Assembly: GCA_948468225.1 (NCBI GenBank)
Contig: CAOKHH010000003.1
Coordinates: 12,293 to 76,292, forward strand
Length of the DNA: 64,000 nucleotides
Reading direction: 5' to 3'
Origin: an uncultured Clostridia bacterium
GTDB taxonomy: Bacteria; Bacillota; Clostridia; TANB77; CAG-508
A program made the position numbers and the translations under genes. Below are positions 1 to 10,214 of the stretch, piece after piece; position 1 is the stretch's first letter, and each line of letters starts with the position of its first letter. The notes beneath the pieces are model-generated. The model did not search any database. It worked only from the letters and a program-made list of their open reading frames with translations, and had not been told where the DNA came from.

Positions 1-16
1 AAGAGCATTGCTCTTT

Positions 17-1015
17 TTATTTTACATATATATAACATTCTAAATTTTTTCTTCCAAATTGTAGTGCCTCACTATGACTGCCTACAAATATATCTAATTT
101 GTTACTTGATATTGCTCCACCTCTATCTTGTACAACAAACCATCCACCATTTGTTTTTCCACTTAACGCTGGTATATATATTATTGTTCCTATTGGATAT
201 TTACTTCCTGCTGCAACTGTATACCATGCACTTGCTTTTTCTCCAGAAGCTGTTACTCCTGTAGATGATCCACAACATTTACTACAAGCACAATATGCAG
301 ATGTATTTAGTGTTGATACTGTTGGTGTTATTCCTGCTACTTTGTCTGATAAACCACCCGTTGGTATTATTTGTGGTGCATCACTTCTTTCTTCACCTCT
401 AGATGTTGCACTTGCTTTACCTTGAACTTGAACGATTTTATTTATAGGTTCTTTTATAACCTTTGATGAAATAGCTTCTCTTTCTAACTCTACATCGTTT
501 TGATATTTTACTTTGTAAGTTACTTCTTGTATTCCATTTTGTCCCTCTTGAATAACTTTTGAAGTTGTGTCTGTTTTTCCATTTGCTGAGTCTTTTGTTA
601 TTGTTTCATAAGGTATTTCAACTTTTTCTACTATAATTTTTTCTGTTATTGGAGCATATTCATTTAGTAATTCTTCTAATGGTATATTTTCTCCTTTTGC
701 TGCTAATGCTGCTATTGTATTCATTTCTGTTTTTTTCAATATTCTAATTGTAGTATTTTCTTTTAAATTTGTTTCCAAACTTGGAAATACAATTTCATCT
801 TCTAATAACTCAATATGATTTTCTTTTAAAACCTCTCCAACTGTGTTTTTTGTTGTTATAACATTCATTTCGTGTTTATTAGAAAATGCTATTTTGATAT
901 TGTTTATTGTTTTAAAGTTTCCTGCAATTACACCTACACCAAAGAATAATATTATTACTACTGCAATAAAAGTTATTCTTTTTATCGAGTGAGATGTATT
1001 CTTTGTTTTTTCCAT
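17..1015 (-). CDS. yabE: Membrane-anchored cell-wall protein with a G5-type region and a C-terminal 3D domain (YabE-like)
   Basis: 332-aa ORF with an N-terminal TM helix (ITFIAVVIILFFGVGVIAG). The C-terminus TSAYCACSKCCG...WFVVQDRGGAI...LDIF matches the 3D-domain signature. Confidence 0.7.
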   Translation of the reverse strand: MEKTKNTSHSIKRITFIAVVIILFFGVGVIAGNFKTINNIKIAFSNKHEMNVITTKNTVGEVLKENHIELLEDEIVFPSLETNLKENTTIRILKKTEMNTIAALAAKGENIPLEELLNEYAPITEKIIVEKVEIPYETITKDSANGKTDTTSKVIQEGQNGIQEVTYKVKYQNDVELEREAISSKVIKEPINKIVQVQGKASATSRGEERSDAPQIIPTGGLSDKVAGITPTVSTLNTSAYCACSKCCGSSTGVTASGEKASAWYTVAAGSKYPIGTIIYIPALSGKTNGGWFVVQDRGGAISSNKLDIFVGSHSEALQFGRKNLECYIYVK

Positions 1016-1118
1016 AAGAATAAATTCTCCTTTCAGTACATGTGTATTATAGCATTTTAAAAAACATATGTCAAATTTAGCATATTATATATATATGATA
1101 CTTGTACTAAAATTATTC

Positions 1119-1373
1119 CTAATTTATTTTGTTTTTTATTTCTTCTAGTGCTATTGATAATTGATCTGGGCAAGACGTTCCTTTACTGCCACAAGGAATT
1201 CCCTTTAATCTTTTTATTGCTTCATCAATTTTCATTCCCTCTACAAGTCTTGATACTCCAACAGTATTTCCTGCGCATCCTCCAATTATTTTAACTTTTT
1301 TTATTGTATCTTCCTCTACTTCTATTTCCATTGCTTTTGAACATACACCTCTAGGTGTAAAGTTATATACCAT
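1119..1373 (-). CDS. TSCPD / TIGR03905-type four-cysteine small protein
   Basis: 84 aa with GGCAGNTVGVSRL and CGSKGTSCPDQL motifs typical of the family. Confidence 0.7.
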   Translation of the reverse strand: MVYNFTPRGVCSKAMEIEVEEDTIKKVKIIGGCAGNTVGVSRLVEGMKIDEAIKRLKGIPCGSKGTSCPDQLSIALEEIKNKIN

Positions 1374-1468
1374 TTATATCTCTCCCTTCAAAATTTTTGT
1401 TATATTTATTATTGTTTTTTTTGAACAAAGTTATTATAATATATTTATATAATTTTAGGAAGTGTAAT

Positions 1469-2203
1469 ATGAAATCTTTTTTAAAGTTTATTAGAAATTT
1501 AATTATTATTTTAATAGTTTTGACCATTTTAATTACTGCATCTTTTATATTTAGAGGATATACTATGTACTCTTCTGCATTGTCTAAAAAGGACTTAAAC
1601 AGCAAAGTAAAAGAAATTGAGGAAACAACACAATATTATGTTTATTACAATGATATTCCAAAGGATTATATAAATGCTGTTATTGCTATTGAAGATCACA
1701 GATTTTTCGAACATAATGGTCTTGATTTTATAGCAATTGCAAGAGCAGTTTGGGCAGATTTTTCTAGCCGTTCTCTCGCACAAGGTGGTAGTACTATTAC
1801 TCAGCAACTAGCTAAAAATATATATTTTACTCAAGAACGTAATGCTACAAGAAAGATTGCAGAAATATTTATGGCTTCTTATTTGGAAAAAAATTTATCA
1901 GAAGACAAAACCTTGGCTAAAGAAAAAATATTGGAATTATATATAAATACCGCTTGTTTTAATAATTGCTATGGATTAGGCCAAGCATCTCGTAAGTATT
2001 TTAACAAGGAGCCTAAAGACCTTACATTATATGAATGTACACTTTTAGCAGGTGTTCCAAATGCCCCTGCAATATATGCCCCTGATGTAAATATGAAAAA
2101 ATGTATCCAAAGACAAAATCAAGTTATTAAGGCAATGGTTAAATATGGTTATATAGATGAAGATACTGCAAATAAAATTAAAGCAGAACAACCTGTAGTT
2201 TAA
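1469..2203 (+). CDS. Monofunctional peptidoglycan glycosyltransferase (GT51)
   Basis: Carries the AIEDHRFFEHNGLDF and GGSTITQQLAKN motifs and an N-terminal TM segment. ATG 1469 is preceded by AGGAAG, so the track ORF start at 1397 is probably too early. No transpeptidase module is present. Confidence 0.85.
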   Translation: MKSFLKFIRNLIIILIVLTILITASFIFRGYTMYSSALSKKDLNSKVKEIEETTQYYVYYNDIPKDYINAVIAIEDHRFFEHNGLDFIAIARAVWADFSSRSLAQGGSTITQQLAKNIYFTQERNATRKIAEIFMASYLEKNLSEDKTLAKEKILELYINTACFNNCYGLGQASRKYFNKEPKDLTLYECTLLAGVPNAPAIYAPDVNMKKCIQRQNQVIKAMVKYGYIDEDTANKIKAEQPVV

Positions 2204-2253
2204 AGGTTGTTCTTATTTTTTTTCATCTACATATACTTATGTAGGTGATTTAG

Positions 2254-3762
2254 TTGTCTAGAATAAAGCGTTTTGTAATAAATGGTATTATGGTGTCTAT
2301 AACTGCCTTAATTATTAACACGATTTCTATGTCCTTTAATATATATGTATCAAATCGAGTTGGAACAGAAGCTATTGGCGTTTTTAGTCTGGTTATGTCT
2401 GTATACGCCCTTGCCATAACTATTTCTAGCTCTGGTGTTAATCTTGCAACTATGAAAATCATATCTGAAAAATTAGCCAAGGATGCTAACTGTGATTTAA
2501 AACGTATAAGTAAGCAATGTTTAAAATTCTCGTTATTCCTTGGAGTTAGTGCAAGTGTTATTTTTATAGCTTTAGCAAGAATTATTGCTACAAAATGGCT
2601 ACATAACAAGGTAAGCCCTACAACTATATATTTTATTGCAATTGCATTACCTTTTATTTCTATGTCTTCTAGTATAAATGGATATTTTTGTGCTGTTAGA
2701 AAAATGTACAAAAGTGCGTTTTCGCAAGGGTTAGAAACAATTATAAAAATAGTTGCAATTCTGTTTCTTTTAAATATTTTTATTGGCAAAGGAATAGAAT
2801 ATATTTGCCTTGCACTAATTATTGGTGATTTCATTTCAGAAGTTCTTTCTTTTATGTATTTGTATTTTATATATAATTTAGATTTAAATAAATTACCATT
2901 ATATCGCAACGCTACAAGTTGTCGTAATAGATTTATTAGTATATGCACACCTGTTGCTATTACATCCTACATAAAATCTGGATTATCTACATTAAAGCAA
3001 ATGCTTATTCCTGTTAAGCTAGAACAATCTGGAACCTCTTGTTCTGATGCGTTATCTCAATATGGATTGGTTAGTGGCATGGCAATGCCAATATTTATGT
3101 TTCCATCTGTTTTTATAAATGCTTTTAGTAATTTACTAGTACCTGAAATAACTTGTTTTTATGAAAGAAAGGAATTTTCTAAAATAAATAAAACAATATC
3201 TATTATTTTTACTTTTGCCTTTGCTTTTGCGTTTTGTGTTTTCGGAGTTTTTTGCAATTTTTCATCTGAAATTGGTTTATTTATATACAATAGACATGAC
3301 ATCGTTTTCTTTTTAAAATTGCTATGTCCTATTGTTTTGTTTATCTATTTAGATAATATTATAGATTGTATTTTGAAAGGATTAAATAAACAAGTTGGTA
3401 TAATGCTTTGTAATATTTTAGATTTATTTGTGAGTATTTCTTTTATTTGCATTTTATTACCTAAAAAGGGGATTTTAGGATATGTTATAGTTTTATTTAT
3501 TAGTGAAATATTAAACTTTTCTATTAGTCTATTCCAGCTTAAAAAAGCTACAAACTTTAATTTTAATCATGTTAATTGGATTTTAAAACCTTCATTTTCT
3601 GTAATAGTTACTACTTTTATTATAAGAAAATTAGCCCTTGTATGGAATAATACCTTACAAGGACTAGTATTTATTATTGCAACTTTTGTAGCAATATATT
3701 GCTTAATATATGGATTAGTTTCGGTGATTATGAAAAAGAAATATAAGATTATTCATTATTAG
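2254..3762 (+). CDS. spoVB: MOP-superfamily flippase, stage V sporulation protein B-like
   Basis: 502-aa polytopic membrane protein. The N-terminal pattern (GTEAIGVF...SSGVNLATMKIISE, INGYFCAVRKMYKSAFSQGLE) parallels SpoVB/MurJ-type proteins. TTG start after GTAGGTGA. Confidence 0.6.
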   Translation: MSRIKRFVINGIMVSITALIINTISMSFNIYVSNRVGTEAIGVFSLVMSVYALAITISSSGVNLATMKIISEKLAKDANCDLKRISKQCLKFSLFLGVSASVIFIALARIIATKWLHNKVSPTTIYFIAIALPFISMSSSINGYFCAVRKMYKSAFSQGLETIIKIVAILFLLNIFIGKGIEYICLALIIGDFISEVLSFMYLYFIYNLDLNKLPLYRNATSCRNRFISICTPVAITSYIKSGLSTLKQMLIPVKLEQSGTSCSDALSQYGLVSGMAMPIFMFPSVFINAFSNLLVPEITCFYERKEFSKINKTISIIFTFAFAFAFCVFGVFCNFSSEIGLFIYNRHDIVFFLKLLCPIVLFIYLDNIIDCILKGLNKQVGIMLCNILDLFVSISFICILLPKKGILGYVIVLFISEILNFSISLFQLKKATNFNFNHVNWILKPSFSVIVTTFIIRKLALVWNNTLQGLVFIIATFVAIYCLIYGLVSVIMKKKYKIIHY

Positions 3763-3860
3763 TTGTATTTTAATATTCATATAGTGTCTTTTTTGTTTGC
3801 ATTAAATGATTTTATATGCTAAAATATCAATGTTTATTATATTAACAAAGAGGTAAATAT

Positions 3861-4706
3861 ATGGATAAAAAAACGAGTTGTAAACTAATTCTTTTTTCAG
3901 ATTTACATTATCTACCTAAAGAACAAATAATACCAGGTTCTAAAGCCGAAAAAAGGAAATTAGTAGATTCTGCAGAACCACTTCTTGATAAATTGATTCA
4001 TGAAATCAATACTTCAATTCATCCAGACGCTGTAATAAATTTAGGAGATTTAATTGAAGATTGTCGTAATCATGATAATGACATTACAAATTTAAAATAT
4101 ATTTGGAATATACTGAAAAGAATAGAGCCCACATTTTACTCTATAACTGGTAATCACGATTTACGTACTATGCAATCTAGAAAAGAAGTAGAAGAAATTA
4201 TGGAATATAACCATTCTACATTTTCTAAAGATATAAATGGATATCATTTAGTCTTTTTGGGATTAGACTTAAATAGTAATCTTGGTAAAAATTTAAGTCT
4301 TTCTGAAGGTGGTATAATAAAAACACACTTTCTTTCAAATAATGATTTAGAATGGTTGCGTAATGACTTAAATCAAAACAAATTACCATCAATTGTATTT
4401 ATTCATTATGCTATAGCAGAAGATACTATGGAAGGTAATTGGTGGTTTGAAAACTGTCCAAATTATGCGCTTTTGGCCAATCGAAAAGAATTAAAGGAAA
4501 TTTTAAGAGAAGATAAAAATTTACTTGCAGTTTTTTCTGGTCATCAACACTGGTCAAAAAAAATTATAGAAGATGGTATACCTTACTATATTGTAGGTTC
4601 ATTAACAGAAAATATACATATGGACGGAACTCCTGATGGCGTATATTTTGAAGTAGAAATAAATGAGAAAAATTTAACTATCAATGAACATCACTTAAAA
4701 TTATAA
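3861..4706 (+). CDS. Calcineurin-like metallophosphoesterase
   Basis: Motifs SDLHY, GDLIED, GNHD and GHQH occur in the canonical order. RBS AGAGGT lies upstream of the ATG. Confidence 0.8.
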   Translation: MDKKTSCKLILFSDLHYLPKEQIIPGSKAEKRKLVDSAEPLLDKLIHEINTSIHPDAVINLGDLIEDCRNHDNDITNLKYIWNILKRIEPTFYSITGNHDLRTMQSRKEVEEIMEYNHSTFSKDINGYHLVFLGLDLNSNLGKNLSLSEGGIIKTHFLSNNDLEWLRNDLNQNKLPSIVFIHYAIAEDTMEGNWWFENCPNYALLANRKELKEILREDKNLLAVFSGHQHWSKKIIEDGIPYYIVGSLTENIHMDGTPDGVYFEVEINEKNLTINEHHLKL

Positions 4707-4735
4707 AGGACACGTTTTATGCGTGTCCTATTTTA
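4707..4735. terminator. Hairpin between convergent genes (AGGACACG-loop-CGTGTCCT plus a T-rich tail)
   Basis: 8-bp GC-containing stem at 4707-4729 followed by ATTTTAC. It sits between the phosphoesterase (+) and tex (-) 3' ends. Confidence 0.6.
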
Positions 4736-6884
4736 CATTTTCATTGTTAAACTTACCTTTTGTCTATCTTTATCTATTGATAGTACTTTTACTTTTACTA
4801 TATCTCCTACTGAAACTATCTCTGATGGATTTTTTACATATTTATCGCTTAACTGTGATATATGTACTAGTCCATCGTGTTTTACTCCAATGTCTACAAA
4901 TGCTCCAAAATCTATTACATTTCTAACTGTTCCTGTTAATAACATTCCTTCTCTCAAATCTTCAAATTTTAGAACATCATTTCTTAATATTGGCTTTGGT
5001 AAATCTTCTCTTGGATCTCTTCCGTGGTTTTGATAATTCTGATACTATATCTTTTAAAGTTGGCTCACCTACGCCTAATTCTTTTGCAATTTTTTCTATA
5101 TTAACTTTTTGTAAATCTTCTTTTATTTTTGAAATTTTTTCTTTGTCTAGAATATCTTTTTTATCATAACCTAATAGTTTTAATAACTCTTCTGCAATTT
5201 CATAACTTTCTGGGTGAACTGCTGTTGTTTCTAACGGATTCTTTCCTCCAAATATCCTTATAAATCCCGCACATTGTTCATAAGCTACTTTTCCTAGTTT
5301 TGGTACTTTTAATAATTGTTTTCTTTCTTTCAATTCTCCAAATTCATCTCTGTATTTTACTATATTTTTAGCTATACTAGAATTTATGCCTGATACATAA
5401 GATAAAAGTGATGGTGTTGCTGTATTTACATCTACTCCAACTGAGTTTACAGCATCTTCTACAACTCCTGTTAGGCTTTCGTCTAATCTTTTTTGGTTTA
5501 CATCGTGTTGATATTGACCTACTCCAATAGATTTAGGGTCTATTTTTACAAGTTCTGCCAATGGATCTTGTAATCTTCTAGCTATTGATATCGCTCCTCT
5601 TATAGAAACATTTATGTCTGGGTACTCTTCTGTTGCAAGTTTTGATGCTGAATATACAGATGCTCCCGCTTCACTAACAATTACATACACAACCTCATGG
5701 TCTGCTTCTTTTATAACATCTGAAACAAAGCTTTCAGATTCTCTTGAAGCTGTTCCATTTCCTATTGCTATAATTCCTATGTTATATTTCTTGATTAAAC
5801 CTAATAGAACCTTTTTGGCTCCTTCTATATCATTTTGTGGCTCTGTTGGATATATTGTTGTATAGTCTAAAAACTTACCTGTACTATCTATTACAGCAAT
5901 TTTACAACCAGTTCTGTATGCTGGGTCAAATCCTATTACATTCATTCCTTTTATTGGTGGTTGAAGCAATAATTGTTTTGCGTTTTGTCCGAAAACTTTT
6001 ATTGCCTTTTCTTCTGAACGCTCTGTTAATTCTGTTCTTATTTCTCTATCTATTGATGGCTCAATTAGCCTTTTATATGCATCTAAAATTGTATCTTTTA
6101 GCATTTGTGTGAATTGTGTAGAATTATCTTTTATTACATTATTTTCTATTAACTGTAATATTTTTTCTTCTGGCTTTTCTATCTTAACTTTTAAAAATTC
6201 TTCGTTTTCTCCCCTGTTTATTGCTAAAATTCTATGACTAGGAATTCTTAGTATTCCTTCATTAAAATCATAATACATTTCATAAGCTGATTTTTCTTCT
6301 TTAGCAGCTTTTGTAGAGATTATAGCTTCTCTAAAACACATACTCTTTATTTCTTTTCTGTATTTTGGTTCATCTGATATAATTTCTGCAATTATGTCTA
6401 ATGCGCCTGCTATTGCTTCCTCCGCTGTATTTACTTGTTTTTCTTCATCTATGTAATCTTTTGCAATTTCATATATATCTTTCTTTTCTGTTTGCTCATA
6501 AATAATCTCACTTAATGGCTCTAATCCACGCTCTTTTGCAATTATAGCTCTTGTTCTTTTCTTTTGTTTGAACGGTCTATATAAATCTTCTAATTCAGAT
6601 AAGGTAACCGCTTCGTTTATTGATTTTGTTAGTTCTTCTGTTAGTTTACCTTGTTCATCTATAATTCTAATAATTTCTTCTCTTCTTGCTTCCAAGTTTC
6701 TTAAATATGTTAGTCTTTCTCCGAAATTTCTTAAAATTTCATCACTTAAATTACCTGTTACTTCTTTTCTATAACGTGCTATAAATGGAATTGTGTTTCC
6801 ATCATCTATTAGTTTTATAGTATTTTCAACTTGTGTTTGTTTTATATTAAGTTCTTCTGCTAATATTTCATTTATTGTTTTCAT
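4733..6884 (-). CDS. tex: Tex-like transcription accessory protein (YqgF/HhH/S1), with the frame broken at in-frame CGG 5022-5024
   Basis: Track ORFs 4977..6884 and 4733..4957 (S1 domain: GTVRNVIDFGAFVDIGVKHDGLVHISQ) form one gene. The sequence AAA CCA CGG AAG gives KPRKRSKRR...stop in frame 0. Skipping the C gives KP-GRDPREDLPKPILRNDVLKFEDLREGM, the conserved Tex linker. Confidence 0.9.
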
Positions 6885-6893
6885 TTGTTCCTC

Positions 6894-7395
6894 CTATTTA
6901 TCAAAATATGTGCTTGATTCTTCTAATCCGGAAAAATCAACTTGTCTTAATATATCGTATACAACAATTGCAACTGAATTAGAAAGATTAAGAGAACGCA
7001 AATGTTCTCTCATTGGAATTCTTATTGCATTATCAAAATATTTTTGTAATATGTCTTCTGGTAATCCTTTTGTTTCTTTTCCGAAACAAAACAAAAACTT
7101 CATCCATATTAGAATAATCTACATCTGAATATACCTTTTTCCCTTTTGTTGTTACAAAAAACATCTTTGTATTTTCTGGCTTATATTTTTCTAAAAATTC
7201 TTTGAAATTCTCGTGTTCTTCTATTTCTAGCTTGTCCCAATAATCTAGTCCTGCTCTTTTTAAGTATTTATCAGATATTTCGAAACCTAATGGCTTTACC
7301 AAATGTAATTTAGCTCCTATCGCAGCACAAGTTCTTGCAATATTTCCTGTATTTTGTGGTATTTCTGGCTCAACTAATACAACATTTAATTTCAA
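6894..7395 (-). CDS. trmL: tRNA (cytidine/uridine-2'-O)-methyltransferase TrmL (SpoU family), with the frame broken at in-frame CGG 7081-7083
   Basis: ORFs 7033..7395 (EPEIPQNTGNIARTCAA) and 6894..7103 (GKETKGLPEDIL...SLNLSNSVAIVVY) join as VLF-GKETKGLP when the C of TTT CGG A is skipped. Confidence 0.85.
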
Positions 7396-7411
7396 AATTA
7401 TCTTCCTTTCC

Positions 7412-8041
7412 TTATATCATTATTTCACAATCTATATCTGGATCTAAATTACTTGCAAACATTTTGGCATCATCTCTTGAACCTACCAAACTTCCATAAT
7501 GTATTGGAATTGCTACTTTAGGCTTTATCGCATTAGCAAGTTCTGCAGCCTCTTCATAATTCATTGTGTACATACCACCTACAGGAAAAAATGCAACATC
7601 ACATTTTACCTTTCTTGCCTCTTTTGTATCATCTGTATCTCCTGAAATGTAGTATTTAAATCCACCTATTTTTATAATATATCCTACCCAATTATTTTTC
7701 TTTGGATGGAAATCTTTATTTATGTTATATGCATTTACTGTTCTAAAAACCACTCCGTCCACTTTATATCTAGAATTTGGCTTTACTATGACAATTTCTT
7801 TCGGCTTAAATCCAGCTTCAAGCAACTTACTTTTGGTTTCTTCAACTGTTATTATTTTTGTATTTTCAGTTATAACCTTTTTTATATCTTCTATTGAAAA
7901 ATGGTCAAAATGTGAGTGTGTGCAAAAAACCAAATTAGCATCATTGTAATCTTTATCTATTTTGTATGGATCTATATATATTATTTTATCTTTCGCTATT
8001 CTAATAGAACTATGTATAAGCAGTTGTACATTTTCTAACAT
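7412..8041 (-). CDS. MBL-fold metallo-hydrolase
   Basis: Has the HSHFDHF (HxHxDH) motif. AGGAGG precedes the internal ATG at 8041, so the TTG start at 8065 in the track is unlikely. Confidence 0.8.
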   Translation of the reverse strand: MLENVQLLIHSSIRIAKDKIIYIDPYKIDKDYNDANLVFCTHSHFDHFSIEDIKKVITENTKIITVEETKSKLLEAGFKPKEIVIVKPNSRYKVDGVVFRTVNAYNINKDFHPKKNNWVGYIIKIGGFKYYISGDTDDTKEARKVKCDVAFFPVGGMYTMNYEEAAELANAIKPKVAIPIHYGSLVGSRDDAKMFASNLDPDIDCEIMI

Positions 8042-8185
8042 AAATAATTCCTCCTTGTTTGTCAAATGTTATTATACATTATTTTAGAGAACAAATAAAG
8101 TATAAATTGAAATATTTTATATGTTTATGAAAGAATAGATTTTAGAATTACACAACCATCTTAGATTTTAGTGACAATATATTTT

Positions 8186-8734
8186 TTATTTAAACATCTC
8201 ATAAAGTTCCTCGTAAGTTAGCCACTTAATAAGATATTTACTTATATGATTGTCTATTGTTGTGTTATTTATATGAAACTGTCCTTCTCCCACATTTCCT
8301 CTATGTTGGTGATCAGAATATAATATTTTTGGATCTTGTGCAATTTCTGATGACCCTATTTTACATATCATAATCTTATCTTCAAAGAAGCAACCATAAT
8401 ATAGATATTTAAATTCTTTTATTTTTACTTGTTGTATATTGCAATCGAATGATAACTTTTTTGCCATATCAAATGTTAACATCCTATTATCAATATTCGA
8501 AGCTACAACGGATTTAATTAAATTATTGTAATTTATATTTGAACTACATTTCTTTAGTACTGTAGAAAATTTTACTTCAATCTTTTCTCCTGTAGGTGTT
8601 TTTAAATCATATGCTAAATTATCTGAATCTCTTAAATTAAATATTCTTTGAATCATAAGTTCTGCAACTTTTCCAAATCTTCTTGTATTCAAAGAAAAAA
8701 TTCCATCTCTGAATTCTCTTACTTCTTCTTTCAT
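8186..8734 (-). CDS. Hypothetical protein with a PD-(D/E)XK-like nuclease motif
   Basis: 182 aa. FGKVAELMIQ ... AYDLKTPTGEKIEVKFS fits the E...D-x10-E-V-K pattern of restriction-endonuclease-fold proteins. It is an orphan next to the island boundary. Confidence 0.4.
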   Translation of the reverse strand: MKEEVREFRDGIFSLNTRRFGKVAELMIQRIFNLRDSDNLAYDLKTPTGEKIEVKFSTVLKKCSSNINYNNLIKSVVASNIDNRMLTFDMAKKLSFDCNIQQVKIKEFKYLYYGCFFEDKIMICKIGSSEIAQDPKILYSDHQHRGNVGEGQFHINNTTIDNHISKYLIKWLTYEELYEMFK

Positions 8735-8854
8735 ATAGATTCTCCTTTTTGAAGATTTTCTGTAAATTATTTTTACTATCTAAAGTATTATATCATACTA
8801 TTACTATATATCAAACATTTTATGCTGCCTATGTATTTAATTTTACATTTGTAT

Positions 8855-8870
8855 ACCTTCGGGTTATGAG
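8855..8870. repeat. Left copy of the 16-bp att-like direct repeat ACCTTCGGGTTATGAG
   Basis: Identical to 20465-20480. It corresponds to the anticodon stem-loop region of a tRNA-Met on the minus strand. Confidence 0.75.
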
Positions 8871-8988
8871 AAATCAATTGGTATTTTTGAGGAATTTGGT
8901 TAACTTGAGTTTTTATTAGTTTTAATAGGGTTATAGCAAATTGGTGTGATTATGAATTAGGTTAAATTTGGTCTATTTTTGCAGTGAT

Positions 8989-9010
8989 TGTCCCCAATTT
9001 GTCCCCAATT
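8989..9010. repeat. Tandem 11-bp repeat TGTCCCCAATT x2 (candidate integrase arm-type site)
   Basis: Exact tandem duplication. A near-identical tandem pair occurs at 20347-20368 in the same orientation. Confidence 0.6.
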
Positions 9011-9123
9011 TTTTAAGACATCAAATACATGAAATTTCAATAAATTTTTAAGTTTGTCTTTGCAAGTTTTCTTGTGTTTTGATGTGTTAAATTTTGAAAT
9101 TTTTAAAAATGGAGGTTTTAATA

Positions 9124-9416
9124 ATGGAAAATTTTAGAGAAGTTAATAATGATATTTTAAAGGATTGGTTAGATTTTAGAGAAGAAGATTTATGTTCTTT
9201 GACTTGTGATGAGGATAGAAAACATCATATTTATTTTGATGAGATTTCTGAAAGAATTTTAAAACGTGTTCCTAAAAATGATAGAAAATATGTCCAAAAA
9301 CAACTTGTTTTCTTGATGAAAATTTTATGGATTATATTAATTATTGGAATGAGAAGTATTATAGGAATGGATTTATTGATGGAATACAGTTAATTGGTGT
9401 ATGTATCGAAAAATAG
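9124..9416 (+). pseudogene. Small island protein, frameshifted in a T4 run (9308-9311)
   Basis: GGAGG precedes ATG 9124. After KQLVF the frame-0 product looks like nonsense. One extra T restores ...FLDENFMDYINYWNEKYYRNGFIDGIQLIGVCIEK, ending at stop 9414-9416. Confidence 0.5.
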
Positions 9417-9457
9417 TTAAATAAAGGTGGTAGAAAATTCTACCACCTCTATTTAAC

Positions 9458-10213
9458 TTAATCTTTCTTTAGAATTTGTTCTATATATTCTATTCCATTT
9501 GGCAATATTAAGCACTCATCATTAGAATCTATCTCTAGGAATCTAGATTTATGCAGTTCCATAACATATTTCTTAAAAATAGTTTTATTTTTATATTCTA
9601 TACAATTAAATAATCTTTCAACACTCATTTTATCTTCAGAATACAATAATATTAATATTTTTTCTTTTATGTTTAATTTAGTATTTAAAACTCTTACAAT
9701 ATCATTATTTCTCCAAATATAAGGTGTTGTTTTATGTAATATATCGTCAATTATTTTCATTGCTATTTCAAAATCAATATTAGAAGTTAACCTTATGATC
9801 TCTGATAAAATCCATTTTGATGAGTTAATTAAATATAAAGCATCCATTCTATTAGGGTTTATATTGTTGATATGTATCATTCCTCTTTTATTCCTAATGC
9901 AGTACATAGAATATAATACTCTTGGTATTATAATTCTATATTCTTCACCAACATTATTAGCTTGTTCAAAGTTTTTTAAGAAACCTTCTGTGATAATAGG
10001 CAATTTCTTATTTATTGGTGTATATTGCTCTAAATTTTTGTTTTGAACTATTCTAAATGCAATCTCTATAAACTTTCCTATTTCATTTCCTACATAATCC
10101 CAATTTTCCTTTAAAAATTCGTTGTTGGCTTTTTGAAAATGTTCAAATAAAGGTTTTATTAATTCCTCTGGAATCTCATACTTTAACAGATCTTCAATTT
10201 GATTATTTTTCAT
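9458..10213 (-). CDS. Hypothetical protein with a possible HEPN-like R-x-H motif and a C-terminal winged-helix-like region
   Basis: 251 aa. It carries CIRNKRGMIHINN (the R-x4-6-H spacing seen in HEPN RNases). The C-terminal part (KILILLYSEDKMSVERLFNCIEYKNKTIFKKYVMELHKSRFLEI) looks wHTH-like. It is translationally coupled to the upstream gene. Confidence 0.35.
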   Translation of the reverse strand: MKNNQIEDLLKYEIPEELIKPLFEHFQKANNEFLKENWDYVGNEIGKFIEIAFRIVQNKNLEQYTPINKKLPIITEGFLKNFEQANNVGEEYRIIIPRVLYSMYCIRNKRGMIHINNINPNRMDALYLINSSKWILSEIIRLTSNIDFEIAMKIIDDILHKTTPYIWRNNDIVRVLNTKLNIKEKILILLYSEDKMSVERLFNCIEYKNKTIFKKYVMELHKSRFLEIDSNDECLILPNGIEYIEQILKKD

Positions 10214-10214
10214 A

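Noticed and set aside
1363-1807. Minus-strand ORFs 1363..1605 and 1595..1807 overlapping the glycosyltransferase gene and its upstream region.
   Set aside because: They have no motifs and are antisense to, or overlap, a well-supported GT51 gene and its promoter region.
2250-2948. 232-aa minus-strand ORF overlapping the spoVB-like gene.
   Set aside because: It is entirely antisense to a well-supported membrane-protein gene, with no motif or RBS.
4719-5033. Plus-strand ORFs 4719..5033 and 4723..4926 between the phosphoesterase and tex.
   Set aside because: They are antisense to the Tex S1-domain coding region and overlap the terminator hairpin.
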